A stretch of 64,000 nt of DNA from Promethearchaeota archaeon. Lineage in GTDB: Archaea; Asgardarchaeota; Lokiarchaeia; Sigyniarchaeales; SOKP01. The number at the start of each line of letters is the position of its first letter. Positions within the stretch are counted from its first letter, which is position 1. The notes under the pieces are model-generated. The model was not told the origin of the DNA. It searched no databases and saw only the letters and a list, made by a program, of their open reading frames with translations. The stretch covers positions 32,001-96,000 of the forward strand of contig SHMW01000003.1 of the NCBI GenBank assembly GCA_008080735.1, read 5' to 3'. Made by a program: the position numbers and the translations under genes. Shown one piece after another: positions 50,805 to 60,335 of the stretch.

Positions 50805-51293
50805 CTATTCAATTAATTCTTTGACATCGTTATCTTTCAAAAAGTTTTCAAGGTTTCTAAGGATTTCAGATAATTTACGTCTTAAAATAAGTTCAGAGGC
50901 ATCTCCCACTAAATTTAAAAATTCGTTGTTTAGCTTAAAGGTATGGACAAAAACACCCACTTTGGACTTATCGGGACCGAGCGCTTTAATGCGCAATCGA
51001 GCTTCTAATTTCTCCACATCCTTGTTGTTTCTTACATTTAATTCGATTAAACGACCTTTATCTGGTACTTCCCCTTGATCATCCATCACTAATTCGCCGC
51101 TCATTTCGATTGGAATATTAATGAGATCAACTTCATCATAAATCTCGCTATAAAATACATTCGGAGCGGTAAATTCGACTTCTATTCGTTTCACTGGGCT
51201 GATCGTTTCCCAGAGTTTTGGCTTGTAAAGCGCATCTAAGAGGCTGTCTTTATCACCATTTACTTCTACTACTTTAGAGATTAATTTTCCCAC
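50805..51293 (-). CDS. hypothetical protein, possible SRPBCC/START (CoxG-like) fold
   Basis: Beta-rich pattern with W..SP and a long C-terminal helix; 162 aa. Confidence 0.55.
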   Translation of the reverse strand: MGKLISKVVEVNGDKDSLLDALYKPKLWETISPVKRIEVEFTAPNVFYSEIYDEVDLINIPIEMSGELVMDDQGEVPDKGRLIELNVRNNKDVEKLEARLRIKALGPDKSKVGVFVHTFKLNNEFLNLVGDASELILRRKLSEILRNLENFLKDNDVKELIE

Positions 51294-51553
51294 GTTAGCT
51301 CATCTTTATAAGTATTTTGTTGCATAAACATTTATTTTTTAAATTTTTAATTATTTGCTTTTTAGTTCCCTCAATATGATACTATGGTCAAAATATTTTC
51401 CTAGGGATTTCTATTGTCAAATCTTTCAAGATTAGAATTTTATGCCTCAGACTTCCTCAATAATATCATCCAAAAAGTCATATAAGATGAAATATCATCA
51501 TTGGCATATAATCATCGATTTAGATCAACTATATAGAGAAAATAAGAGAAAGC

Positions 51554-51772
51554 TTAAATGTTTTTCTCACGAAATAATCGCGTTTCTTCAATCTTATTTT
51601 TAGTTCCGCATTTAGGACACTCCCAATATTCTTGTGCGGTTTTCACGGTATTTATACAGTCTTCACATACCGCAGTATCGCAAATACAATAATAAAGTTT
51701 GTCTACCGCATCTTTGAAATTCTTTTTACAAATAGCGCAAATTGGAGGGGGAATCTCATCCATTTTTCTCAA
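51554..51772 (-). CDS. stand-alone C4C4 RING-type zinc finger protein
   Basis: C-x2-C-x13-C-x-C-x4-C-x2-C-x12-C-x2-C. Confidence 0.75.
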   Translation of the reverse strand: MRKMDEIPPPICAICKKNFKDAVDKLYYCICDTAVCEDCINTVKTAQEYWECPKCGTKNKIEETRLFREKNI

Positions 51773-51834
51773 TTATTTTTTTCTAGATTAATATGCTATA
51801 ATGTATTTTTATAAATTAATATCGTATAAAATTA

Positions 51835-52035
51835 TTGCGTTTCAAAATGAAAGATGTCAGTTTCTATCTCCGGTTGCTCTTGCTGTTGAGTATTTTCTTC
51901 TTGTGGAGATTAATTAATGGAATTGTGGAAAATAACCAATTCGAAATCGCCTTTTGGGGGATATTTCTGATTATATATATACCATCAATAATAATCGCCT
52001 CGTTTGCGGCAAAAAAATATCAAGAGAAAAAATAA
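51835..52035 (+). CDS. small two-TM membrane protein
   Basis: Two hydrophobic helices and a basic tail; fills an intergenic gap. Confidence 0.6.
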   Translation: MRFKMKDVSFYLRLLLLLSIFFLWRLINGIVENNQFEIAFWGIFLIIYIPSIIIASFAAKKYQEKK

Positions 52036-52056
52036 AAAGCTAATTAGACAATTCTT

Positions 52057-53085
52057 CTATTGGATTTTACTCATTGCATCTTTTAATAGCTTTTCAGCCT
52101 CTTTTGTAAAATTAGATAGAATATCATCAACCTTTTTCTCCTCATTAATTAATCCAACTGTTTGCCCTGCTAATATAGCACCATTTTCCGTATCTCCTTT
52201 GTATATTAATTCATAGCGTTTCATATCTTCCTGTATTTTTTCCATTGTTAATTGGCTTTCTTGATCCTTTTTCTCTTCTTTTGAGAGTATTTTACCATGT
52301 TCTAACGCATATTTATTTTTAAGTAAGCGAATAGGTCCGAATGAGCCCGTCGTCAAAATGGTATCTCGAGCTGTTGCTGGGTAAATTACAGACTTGTAAT
52401 TCTTATGAAATTCGCTCTCTTCTGAGGCTATAAATCGAGTTCCCATAGCGATCGCATCTGCGCCTCCTGCGATAGCCATCGCCAAGCTCTCAGGACTGGC
52501 AAATCCTCCGCAGGCAATGATAGGAAAGTCTGGATATGCACGAACGGCTTCTTGCAGTAAAACTAGTGTAGAAATCTCCTCATAAGACTGATGACCACCA
52601 CCCTCTATTCCAGTGACCACAAGTCCGTCACATCCCGAATCTACGACTTTTTTTGCCAAATACAATGCTGGTGAGACGTGGAAATGTTTTAAAGTGGGGC
52701 ATTTTTTTTTCCAATATTCCGAAGCTTTTCTTGGAGTGCCTGCTGATGTGACCGCATAAACACATTGTTCTCGCAAACGAGGGTCCTCATTGATCCATCT
52801 GGCGGTCTTTTTTATTAATGCGGGAGCATCAATTTGTAATCTTGCTGTCCGTATATTGAATCCAAAGGGTTTATCGGTATGTTCTATCACATAATCAAAA
52901 TTTTCTTTCATCGTTTTTATAGGATCACGTCCTAATAAGTTCGTGTGGCTTAATACACCTAACCCACCTGCCTCTGAAACTGCAACTGTTAATTCCGTGG
53001 TATAGAATGGACCCATCGGTGCGCTTAAAATAGGGTATTTAATATCAAACATCTCGGTAATTTTAGTTTTTATCATTATCTTCAC
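52057..53085 (-). CDS. nitronate monooxygenase / FabK-like FMN enzyme
   Basis: YPILSAPM, VSEAGGLG, GIEGGGH, IIACGG, MGTRF, AGQTVG. Confidence 0.88.
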   Translation of the reverse strand: MKIMIKTKITEMFDIKYPILSAPMGPFYTTELTVAVSEAGGLGVLSHTNLLGRDPIKTMKENFDYVIEHTDKPFGFNIRTARLQIDAPALIKKTARWINEDPRLREQCVYAVTSAGTPRKASEYWKKKCPTLKHFHVSPALYLAKKVVDSGCDGLVVTGIEGGGHQSYEEISTLVLLQEAVRAYPDFPIIACGGFASPESLAMAIAGGADAIAMGTRFIASEESEFHKNYKSVIYPATARDTILTTGSFGPIRLLKNKYALEHGKILSKEEKKDQESQLTMEKIQEDMKRYELIYKGDTENGAILAGQTVGLINEEKKVDDILSNFTKEAEKLLKDAMSKIQ

Positions 53086-53180
53086 CCATAATTAATAGAT
53101 TTAGATAGATTTACTTAGTTTTTTAAATTATAATTAATATTCATTTTAATCAAGTTATTTATTAAGCTATCGGATAATCG

Positions 53181-54080
53181 ATGAAAGACTTACTGACTAT
53201 TTCTGAATTATCTCCTGAAGATATTTATGCGTTGTTAGATTTAGCAAGCAAAATAAAGGCAGATCCAGATAGATTTCGTTCTCGCTTAACCAATAAAACG
53301 CTAGCGCTCTTATTTCAGAAAACATCTACAAGAACTCGGCTTTCCTTTGAAAGCGGAATGTATCAACTTGGAGGGAGGGCCATCTATTTGGATTGGAGAA
53401 CCACGAATATCCACCTTGGTTCTCTACCAGATGAAATACGATGTATTGAATTATATGTTGATGCAATAATGGCAAGAGTGTATGAACATAAGTCTCTTGA
53501 AATAATGAGTAAGGCAGCATCTATTCCTGTAATAAATGGGTTATCAGACAAATTTCACCCTTGTCAAATTCTCTCTGACTTATTAACTATGAAAGAAATT
53601 TTTCAAGATTTTGATACTCTAAACGTTGCTTGGGTGGGAGACGGTAATAATGTGTGTAATTCCTTAATTTTAGGATGCACTCAACTTAAAATACCAATTC
53701 ATGTTGCCACTCCTCCGCGATATGAACCACATATAGATGTTATTGAATGGGTGAAATCGCATAATAAGAGTCAATATTTAAAGATTTCCCAGGACCCAAA
53801 ACTCGCCGTAAAAGAATCGGATATACTCTATACTGATACCTTTGTCTCAATGGGACAAGAAGACGAGACACAAGAACGCATGAAAATATTCCAGTCATTC
53901 CAGGTTAATCATCAATTAATTAAGGAATCCACAAAGAACCCATATATAATGCATTGCTTACCAGCTCATAGAGGGGTTGAAATTACTGATGATGTGCTTG
54001 ATTCTAAAAAATCACTCGTATTTCACCAAGCAGAAAATCGCTTGCATATGCAAAAAGCTATTTTATTATTTCTTTTTTAA
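53181..54080 (+). CDS. argF: ornithine carbamoyltransferase
   Basis: STRTRLSFE, HPCQ, GDGNNV, SMG, HCLP, QAENR. Confidence 0.94.
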   Translation: MKDLLTISELSPEDIYALLDLASKIKADPDRFRSRLTNKTLALLFQKTSTRTRLSFESGMYQLGGRAIYLDWRTTNIHLGSLPDEIRCIELYVDAIMARVYEHKSLEIMSKAASIPVINGLSDKFHPCQILSDLLTMKEIFQDFDTLNVAWVGDGNNVCNSLILGCTQLKIPIHVATPPRYEPHIDVIEWVKSHNKSQYLKISQDPKLAVKESDILYTDTFVSMGQEDETQERMKIFQSFQVNHQLIKESTKNPYIMHCLPAHRGVEITDDVLDSKKSLVFHQAENRLHMQKAILLFLF

Positions 54081-54428
54081 AAAATCGGGAAGGATACCTT
54101 CTAGTCCTAAACTTTTTAAGAGTGTGTCCCTCACGTCCATCTTTATCTTGAATTCGGACATTTTCTTCAGAGCTTCTTCAAGCGCCTTAGAAAAATTCTC
54201 ACTCATATCATTTATGGTATCAGAAGTCAATTTGAGTGAATCTCTTATCGTTATATTAGTTTCATGTAAGACTGAGCTCATTTTGTCCATAGATGTAGAG
54301 ATCTGGTTGGTAATTGTAATTACTTTATCCGAAAGCTCGCCTATTTGCTCTCGTACCTTTCTCATCTCAGAATTCATTTCAGAGAGCTCTTCCTTTAAGT
54401 CTTTTATTCCTAACATGTTTATTCTCAA
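54066..54428 (-). CDS. coiled-coil hypothetical protein
   Basis: Heptad-patterned helical sequence. Confidence 0.7.
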   Translation of the reverse strand: MRINMLGIKDLKEELSEMNSEMRKVREQIGELSDKVITITNQISTSMDKMSSVLHETNITIRDSLKLTSDTINDMSENFSKALEEALKKMSEFKIKMDVRDTLLKSLGLEGILPDFLKKK

Positions 54429-54459
54429 AAATGCATCAATTACTAAGAAATAACTAATT

Positions 54460-55104
54460 TTATAACTTAAATTTTATGTTATACTTCCGTAATTGCTCTA
54501 CTAAATGCTCGGTATAATAATATTGTATTGCGTTCAATTTGAGAGATTCTGCCATTTCCACATTTTTTTGCTCATCATCAATTAATAATGCTTCTGAGGG
54601 TTTACATTTAATATGATTGAGAAGTTCTTTATAAAAGTCAAGATCATTCTTATTTTTGTGATATTCATAACTAAAGACCCAATCATCGAAATTATCTAGA
54701 AAACCATATCTCTCTTGGAGAAATTCTACGCGCTCTTTAATATTTCCGCTAAATACTATAAGTCTATAGTGCATTTTCAATTCTTTAACTAGATCTTCAA
54801 TTTTATAATGTGGTAGATAGGATCCGAACCAAATTTTAATAATATGATGGTGTTCTTCTTTGGGTATTTTTAGTTTTTTTCCTACGCGTTCTTGAAACTC
54901 TTCTATATTGATTAACCCTTTCCGTAGTAGATATCCCTCTTTCTCGAACCTATCTCCGAAAATTTCATACAAGCGCATGAAACTGTCAATATTAAACAAA
55001 TCCATAAATTTAATTATGGCCAGATAAGTACCTCTACTGAAAAAAACACCCCCTAAATCAAAAACAATTGTTTTAATAGTCCCATTAAATTGATTCATAC
55101 TCAT
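54460..55104 (-). CDS. HAD superfamily hydrolase
   Basis: FDLGGV, SGN, S.E...K, LIDD..NV..A. Confidence 0.88.
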   Translation of the reverse strand: MSMNQFNGTIKTIVFDLGGVFFSRGTYLAIIKFMDLFNIDSFMRLYEIFGDRFEKEGYLLRKGLINIEEFQERVGKKLKIPKEEHHHIIKIWFGSYLPHYKIEDLVKELKMHYRLIVFSGNIKERVEFLQERYGFLDNFDDWVFSYEYHKNKNDLDFYKELLNHIKCKPSEALLIDDEQKNVEMAESLKLNAIQYYYTEHLVEQLRKYNIKFKL

Positions 55105-55212
55105 AATCTAAAATTTATCGAGCTATTAAAACTAACTCAATCTTATTCGTATACGATAGCAAAATTCAAAAAATAGTAGAAAGAGAGAAAAAGAGAGGTC
55201 CTAAATTATAAT

Positions 55213-55629
55213 TTAAGGATGATCATGCTGGTGTTCTCGCCTATATTCATCATCAGCTTCGGTATGGATTTTTTCAACCCCATAACCTTTTCCTGCTCCC
55301 GGCGCACAAAGACTCTCTCCACCTTCTAAATCCCCGTTTTTGATCTTTTCTATAACGTCATCTATGGTCCCTTGAATTCCCATAATTACATTAATTCCAT
55401 ATTGTTCGAAAAATTGAACTGCTCGTCTTCCCATCCCTCCAGCAATCATACAATCTGCGCCTTGCTCATTGACAAATTGAGGGATACTTCCGACAGTATG
55501 ACCTGGATTTGAAAGTATTTCCTTGCTTACCAGCTCCCCATCCTCGATATTCACGAAGGTAAATTGAGGTGCTCGCCCAAAATGAGCAGAAACTCTCCCT
55601 CCCTCCGTGCTAATAGCAAATTTTGTCAA
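55213..55629 (-). CDS. NifB/NifX family metal-cofactor binding protein
   Basis: VSAHFGRAPQF, NPGH, IAGGMG; His-rich tail; GGTGA SD before the TTG start. Confidence 0.9.
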   Translation of the reverse strand: MTKFAISTEGGRVSAHFGRAPQFTFVNIEDGELVSKEILSNPGHTVGSIPQFVNEQGADCMIAGGMGRRAVQFFEQYGINVIMGIQGTIDDVIEKIKNGDLEGGESLCAPGAGKGYGVEKIHTEADDEYRREHQHDHP

Positions 55630-55807
55630 ATAATATCACCTTTTATTGATCTTCTTATAATAAAAAGTTAAAACTGAATTAAAAACTTTATCGAATCATT
55701 ATTCATAAACAAGCAAAATGGCAGAGCTTAGTTTGTTATGAAATATAATCATTATATATTAAATTAGAAAAAATTTTTAGTTCTTAAACACATAATCTAT
55801 CATTAAT

Positions 55808-55948
55808 ATGCAAAAAATAGACGAAAAAGAAGAGCAAAAGGAAATTGACTTTCATTGTACTGGTTGAGGTATTATTGATGGGATCATATATTGCGTTCGA
55901 AAAGTAAAACAATGGAAAAAAAACAAAAAAACTGAAGAAAAAGAGTAA
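55808..55948 (+). CDS. candidate 46-aa selenoprotein MQKIDEKEEQKEIDFHCTG(U)GIIDGIIYCVRKVKQWKKNKKTEEKE
   Basis: ATG 55808, in-frame TGA 55865-55867 directly after Cys-Thr-Gly, frame continues 26 codons to TAA 55946-55948. Confidence 0.45.
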
Positions 55949-55950
55949 AA

Positions 55951-56014
55951 AATCTCAAGGATTAGGCTATAAATGCTAGGGTCTAATTTATCGGTTCCGC
56001 ATGAACCCGAGATT
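55951..56014. other. structured element (closing stem plus two hairpins) just downstream of the candidate selenoprotein
   Basis: AATCTC/GAGATT closing stem, ATTAGGC/GTCTAAT hairpin with AAA in the loop, GGTTC/GAACC hairpin. Confidence 0.4.
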
Positions 56015-56115
56015 AATATTTTTATTAAATAAAATAAATTTTTTTAAAGAATCCTTCTTGATTGATTAATAGAAGCAATGTTTTAATAATTACAAATAAC
56101 GTGAGATTGAATAAA

Positions 56116-56271
56116 ATGGTAAAATGTGAAGAATTAAAAAAGGGCGATGTTTTTGTATGCCCTGATTGTGGATTAGAACTGACTGTAAGCGAAGCTTGTG
56201 ATTGTGCCGAAGAAGGAGCATGCTCGGAACAAGGTTTTGTCTGTTGTGGCACGGCAATGAAAAAGAAATAG
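56116..56271 (+). CDS. small Cys-rich desulforedoxin-like metal-binding protein
   Basis: GDVFVCPDCG.EL.V...CDC...C...CCG..M; 8 Cys in 51 aa; ATG 56116 preferred as start. Confidence 0.8.
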   Translation: MVKCEELKKGDVFVCPDCGLELTVSEACDCAEEGACSEQGFVCCGTAMKKK

Positions 56272-56436
56272 AATAAATTCACCAAAACGTGTTCTAAAAA
56301 TCTAAATTTTATTCCTTTTTATATCTGTTTTTTTTTTTTATTTTCTTAGTAAATTATCTTGATCTGTTGGATTGAGAATAAGAAAAAAATAGGAAATAAT
56401 AGAATGATGCATAAAATAACTAAAACAACTGATAAG

Positions 56437-57831
56437 CTATATATCTTGGTTTTGAGGTCCTTCTCCGACCTTGCGATAAATGAATCCTAAGTTTTCAACG
56501 TCTTTTTTATCAAAAATGTTTCTTCCATCGATTATGATGGGGGTTCGCATCTTTTTTTTAATCTCTTCTAAATTTAGATCGTAATATTGTTTATGATTCG
56601 TGGCAAAGAGTAATACATCAGAATTCTCAACTGCTTTTTCAATATCATCGGTCAATTCAGTCATGTCGTAATCACGTTTTTTGACATAGGGGTCGTGCGC
56701 TATATAGATGATATTATGTGAATGGTATCGTTTCATGAGGGATTCGATAATATTTTTCGCGGGGGTGTTTCTTGTGTCATCTGTATCTGCTTTATAGGAC
56801 ACTCCCATCAAGGAAACTTTTATATTATCAACAAATTTACGCGCTTGGCGCAATCCATCTTCCATAAGTTCTACCATATGCTTCGGCATAAAATCATTAA
56901 GTTCTCGGCTATATGGGACGATTTTTATGCGCGAGCTGAAGTTTTTTTCTGAATAGGCATCATGACCATATAACAGTAGGAATGGGTCCTTAGTTAAACA
57001 ATGTCCTCCTACACCAGAACCTGGATGATGCATCATCCGATCATGTCGATGGTTAATCAATTCAATGATTTCGAATATATTCCGATTGAAATCTTCACAG
57101 AGTAAAGCCATTTCATTAGCAAACGCGATATTGACATCCCGATAGGAATTTTCGATACATTTAGTCAATTCAGCGGTAAGCGTGTCGGTAACTTGTAGCT
57201 CCTTTTTGACCACTTTTCCATAAAGATGTTTCGCTCTTTTATTTGCTTCCTTACACCCCCCACCAATTACTCGAGGAAAATCAGTGATATATTCTATCAA
57301 TTTCCCGGGCATAACACGTTCAAAGGAGAATACGAGGTAAAACTCTTTCCCCCTCTTCATTCCGCTAGCTTTCTCCAGAATTGGTTCCACGATATTATTA
57401 GTAGTACCTGGTGCGACGGTTGATTCGATGATGACCGTGGCACCTTCTTTCAGGTGTTTACCGGCTCTCTCAGATACTGCCTTTAGCGATTCATACATCG
57501 GCACTTTGGTATAGAGATCAATAGGCGTTTGGACATCAATTAACACATAATCGGCGGTATCAACACAATCATATTCTGGGGTCACGTGAAATTTTCCGTT
57601 TGTAACCACCCGTTCGATTAATTCATCCAATCCTGGCTCATCCCCCTCAAATGGATTTTTTCCCGCATTTAACCAATCAATTTTCCATCCGCTACGTTGG
57701 GACCGCCTTTGGATACCTGATACATAAAAGTTTGGCACATCGGCTAATAATGCCGCCATAGGGATTCCCACATACCCCATCCCAATTACGACAATCTCAG
57801 TTTTCTTTTCTTCTTTAGACATTTTATACAA
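56437..57831 (-). CDS. nucleotide-sugar dehydrogenase (UDP-HexNAc 6-dehydrogenase, WecC/WbpA-like)
   Basis: GMGYVG, ESTVAPG, ERVMPG, KCIENSYRDVNIAFANE, GVGGHC, DDTRNTP. Confidence 0.92.
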   Translation of the reverse strand: MYKMSKEEKKTEIVVIGMGYVGIPMAALLADVPNFYVSGIQRRSQRSGWKIDWLNAGKNPFEGDEPGLDELIERVVTNGKFHVTPEYDCVDTADYVLIDVQTPIDLYTKVPMYESLKAVSERAGKHLKEGATVIIESTVAPGTTNNIVEPILEKASGMKRGKEFYLVFSFERVMPGKLIEYITDFPRVIGGGCKEANKRAKHLYGKVVKKELQVTDTLTAELTKCIENSYRDVNIAFANEMALLCEDFNRNIFEIIELINHRHDRMMHHPGSGVGGHCLTKDPFLLLYGHDAYSEKNFSSRIKIVPYSRELNDFMPKHMVELMEDGLRQARKFVDNIKVSLMGVSYKADTDDTRNTPAKNIIESLMKRYHSHNIIYIAHDPYVKKRDYDMTELTDDIEKAVENSDVLLFATNHKQYYDLNLEEIKKKMRTPIIIDGRNIFDKKDVENLGFIYRKVGEGPQNQDI

Positions 57832-57984
57832 ATTCGATCTATATAGATTATTGAATATAGATTTTAATTAATCCTAATACAAAAAGTTTTATTTTGACTA
57901 CACTATAGAATATAGATTGCTCTTTAGATTACTATATCTGATTTAAGTAGGTATTTTATATCATAAAACTAAAAATAGGGCATT

Positions 57985-58659
57985 TTAAAAATTGTGATAT
58001 TTTCCCAAATCATCTAATTTGAAGACTCCAAATCGCTCCCATTTTTTCTTTTTCATTCTCTCAAAACTTGCTTGAACTGTTGTTATCACAGTTTGGGATT
58101 TATATAATTGCAATGCTTGATATATTTTCTGATTATAGTCTGAAATATCAATTTTTATTTGTTTTTCTCGAGGAGCTTTGATACTTAAATAAACTGCATA
58201 TATATAGAACTCAACATCGGGTATGCCCAATTCTTTAGCTGCGGTAGTAGAGATATTAAACGTTGCTTGATGGTCGGTATGTGGATTATTATTACTCGGA
58301 GCGACAATTCTATCCGCATCCTTAATGATTGGTTTACACATTTCTATTCCCGTTTCTCTAAAATCCATAACCTGCTGGTCGGGTAATTGAAATTTATGAA
58401 CATTTTCTTCCGGAATCCCTAAAAAGCTAATAACCTTATCAATCTCTCTCATACGGATTCCTGCTAAGTCATCTTGTGAGATCTGAGTTTCATTTGTTTC
58501 CATTAGTCTGCCCATCCTTTTTTCAAAAGTGTAGGCAGCTCTTCCATCGGAAATATACACAATTTCAACTTTATGTCCTTCATCCATCCATTTGAGTATG
58601 CTTCCGCCCGCCCCGACGAGCTCATCATCCGGATGTGGCGCAAAAATCACGATTTTCAT
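57985..58659 (-). CDS. PIG-L/LmbE family deacetylase
   Basis: APHPDDE, R.RE, HTDH. Confidence 0.9.
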   Translation of the reverse strand: MKIVIFAPHPDDELVGAGGSILKWMDEGHKVEIVYISDGRAAYTFEKRMGRLMETNETQISQDDLAGIRMREIDKVISFLGIPEENVHKFQLPDQQVMDFRETGIEMCKPIIKDADRIVAPSNNNPHTDHQATFNISTTAAKELGIPDVEFYIYAVYLSIKAPREKQIKIDISDYNQKIYQALQLYKSQTVITTVQASFERMKKKKWERFGVFKLDDLGKYHNF

Positions 58660-58743
58660 AATTTCTGAATAATCATAAGTTGTTTATATTTATTTAATTT
58701 AATAGAATATTTTAAAAACTTAAAGGTTGATAATTATTAATAT

Positions 58744-59961
58744 ATGAAGCTCGGGAAATCAAGTTTACATGATATTGCGAAGTTGCGCTCTGATGATGTG
58801 AAACGAAGGCGATTGTCAAGTTATGATATGTATGGAGGGAATCGCGATTGGGTCGAGATCGACCCTGGTCAAACAATTATTTTGGGCGAGTATGAAGGAA
58901 GTGGGAGTATTACCCATATTTGGTGTACAACAAAATGTTCAGCTAAGAATTATCTAAGACATGCAATTCTCAGAATGTACTGGGATGAAGAACCTGACGA
59001 TAAGCCCAGCGTCGAAGTACCAATCGGAGACTTTTTTGGAATGGGTCATGCAGAACGAAAAAACTTCGTGTCCCTTCCCCTTCAGATGAGTCCGCAGAAG
59101 GGAAGAGGATTTAATTGCTGGTTTCCTATGCCTTTTTCGAAAGGATTTAAAATAACATTAGAGAATGATAATCCTAAAAAGTTTATTCTATATTTCTATA
59201 TTGATTATGAGATTTATGGAAAGGGCTTCGAAAATGAGGAGGAATATGGGCGCTTTCATGTCCAATGGCGTCGAGAAAATCCTACGAAACCAAAAGGAAT
59301 TGATGAGGAGTCTGGAAAACAATTTTCCACATTACATCCTTCCGATTTCAATTTCCATGGAGGAAGAAATAGAAATCCATTAGAAGAAAATTACATTATA
59401 CTAAAAGCGAAAGGAAAGGGGCATTTTGCCGGATGTCATTTGAATATAGATAATCAAACTTTTATGCCTTGGGCGTACAACTGGCCAGGAGAGGGGGATG
59501 ATATGATATTTATTGATGATAATGTAGATCATGGTATAATCACGCTCCCCGGTACCGGCACTGAAGATTATGTCAATCAAGCTTTTTGCCCTCGTCAAAA
59601 ATACAGTGCACCTTATCATGGTATAATAAAACCTGGCGGATTTAACTTTTATGGAAAGATTACCTATTATCGATACCATATTGAAGATCCGATCTATTTT
59701 AACAAAAAAATTGCTGTGACTATCGAACACGGCCATGATAACCATAGATCAGATGATTGGAGCAGCACAGCATATTGGTATCAGAGAGAACCCCACGATC
59801 ATTCGCTTTATCCAGAAATGTTAGATAGAGATGGGAGGGAACCTAATAGTCATTTAGCTCATATATTAAGAAAATCTTTTTGTATTTTAATAGTATTAGG
59901 AATTGTCGGCTGGTTCGCAATCAAGCCGTTGCTAAAATTTATAATTGACATTTTTTTATGA
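58744..59961 (+). CDS. DUF2961 / GH172-like glycoside hydrolase with C-terminal TM anchor
   Basis: SSYD..GGN.D, ITHIW, LRMYWD, PIGDFFG, GEGDDM, GTGTEDY, YRYHIEDPI, EHGH. Confidence 0.88.
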   Translation: MKLGKSSLHDIAKLRSDDVKRRRLSSYDMYGGNRDWVEIDPGQTIILGEYEGSGSITHIWCTTKCSAKNYLRHAILRMYWDEEPDDKPSVEVPIGDFFGMGHAERKNFVSLPLQMSPQKGRGFNCWFPMPFSKGFKITLENDNPKKFILYFYIDYEIYGKGFENEEEYGRFHVQWRRENPTKPKGIDEESGKQFSTLHPSDFNFHGGRNRNPLEENYIILKAKGKGHFAGCHLNIDNQTFMPWAYNWPGEGDDMIFIDDNVDHGIITLPGTGTEDYVNQAFCPRQKYSAPYHGIIKPGGFNFYGKITYYRYHIEDPIYFNKKIAVTIEHGHDNHRSDDWSSTAYWYQREPHDHSLYPEMLDRDGREPNSHLAHILRKSFCILIVLGIVGWFAIKPLLKFIIDIFL

Positions 59962-60103
59962 AAAATATTTATTTGTATAATGATTTTTTTGAATTTTCTA
60001 AAGTTTTAGGGATATAGCGCGATCAACTAATTGAGATGAATGAAAAATTGGACTAAAAAATATTAATATATGAATTTCTTTTAGTAATCATGAGGGGAAT
60101 AAA

Positions 60104-60220
60104 ATGAAATCGAATGATATTTTCCTAAATTTTTTAGGAGTTATAGGTATTATTGGATTAATATTTTTAGTGATTATGCTGATAGTTGTTGCTATAGCGA
60201 TTAATAACGCGATAGGTTAA
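60104..60220 (+). CDS. 38-aa single-TM peptide MKSNDIFLNFLGVIGIIGLIFLVIMLIVVAIAINNAIG
   Basis: GAGGGG SD, ATG 60104, TAA 60218, followed by a T-tract; below the ORF-track size cutoff. Confidence 0.6.
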   Translation: MKSNDIFLNFLGVIGIIGLIFLVIMLIVVAIAINNAIG

Positions 60221-60335
60221 TCTTTTTATTGAAAATTTATCTATGTTTTATCTAACCCGTTTTATGTTCTTTTTCATTCTTCGAATAAAAAATAATTCAA
60301 CTTTCGTCAAATAAAAAATTCAAAGAGAAGTAGTT

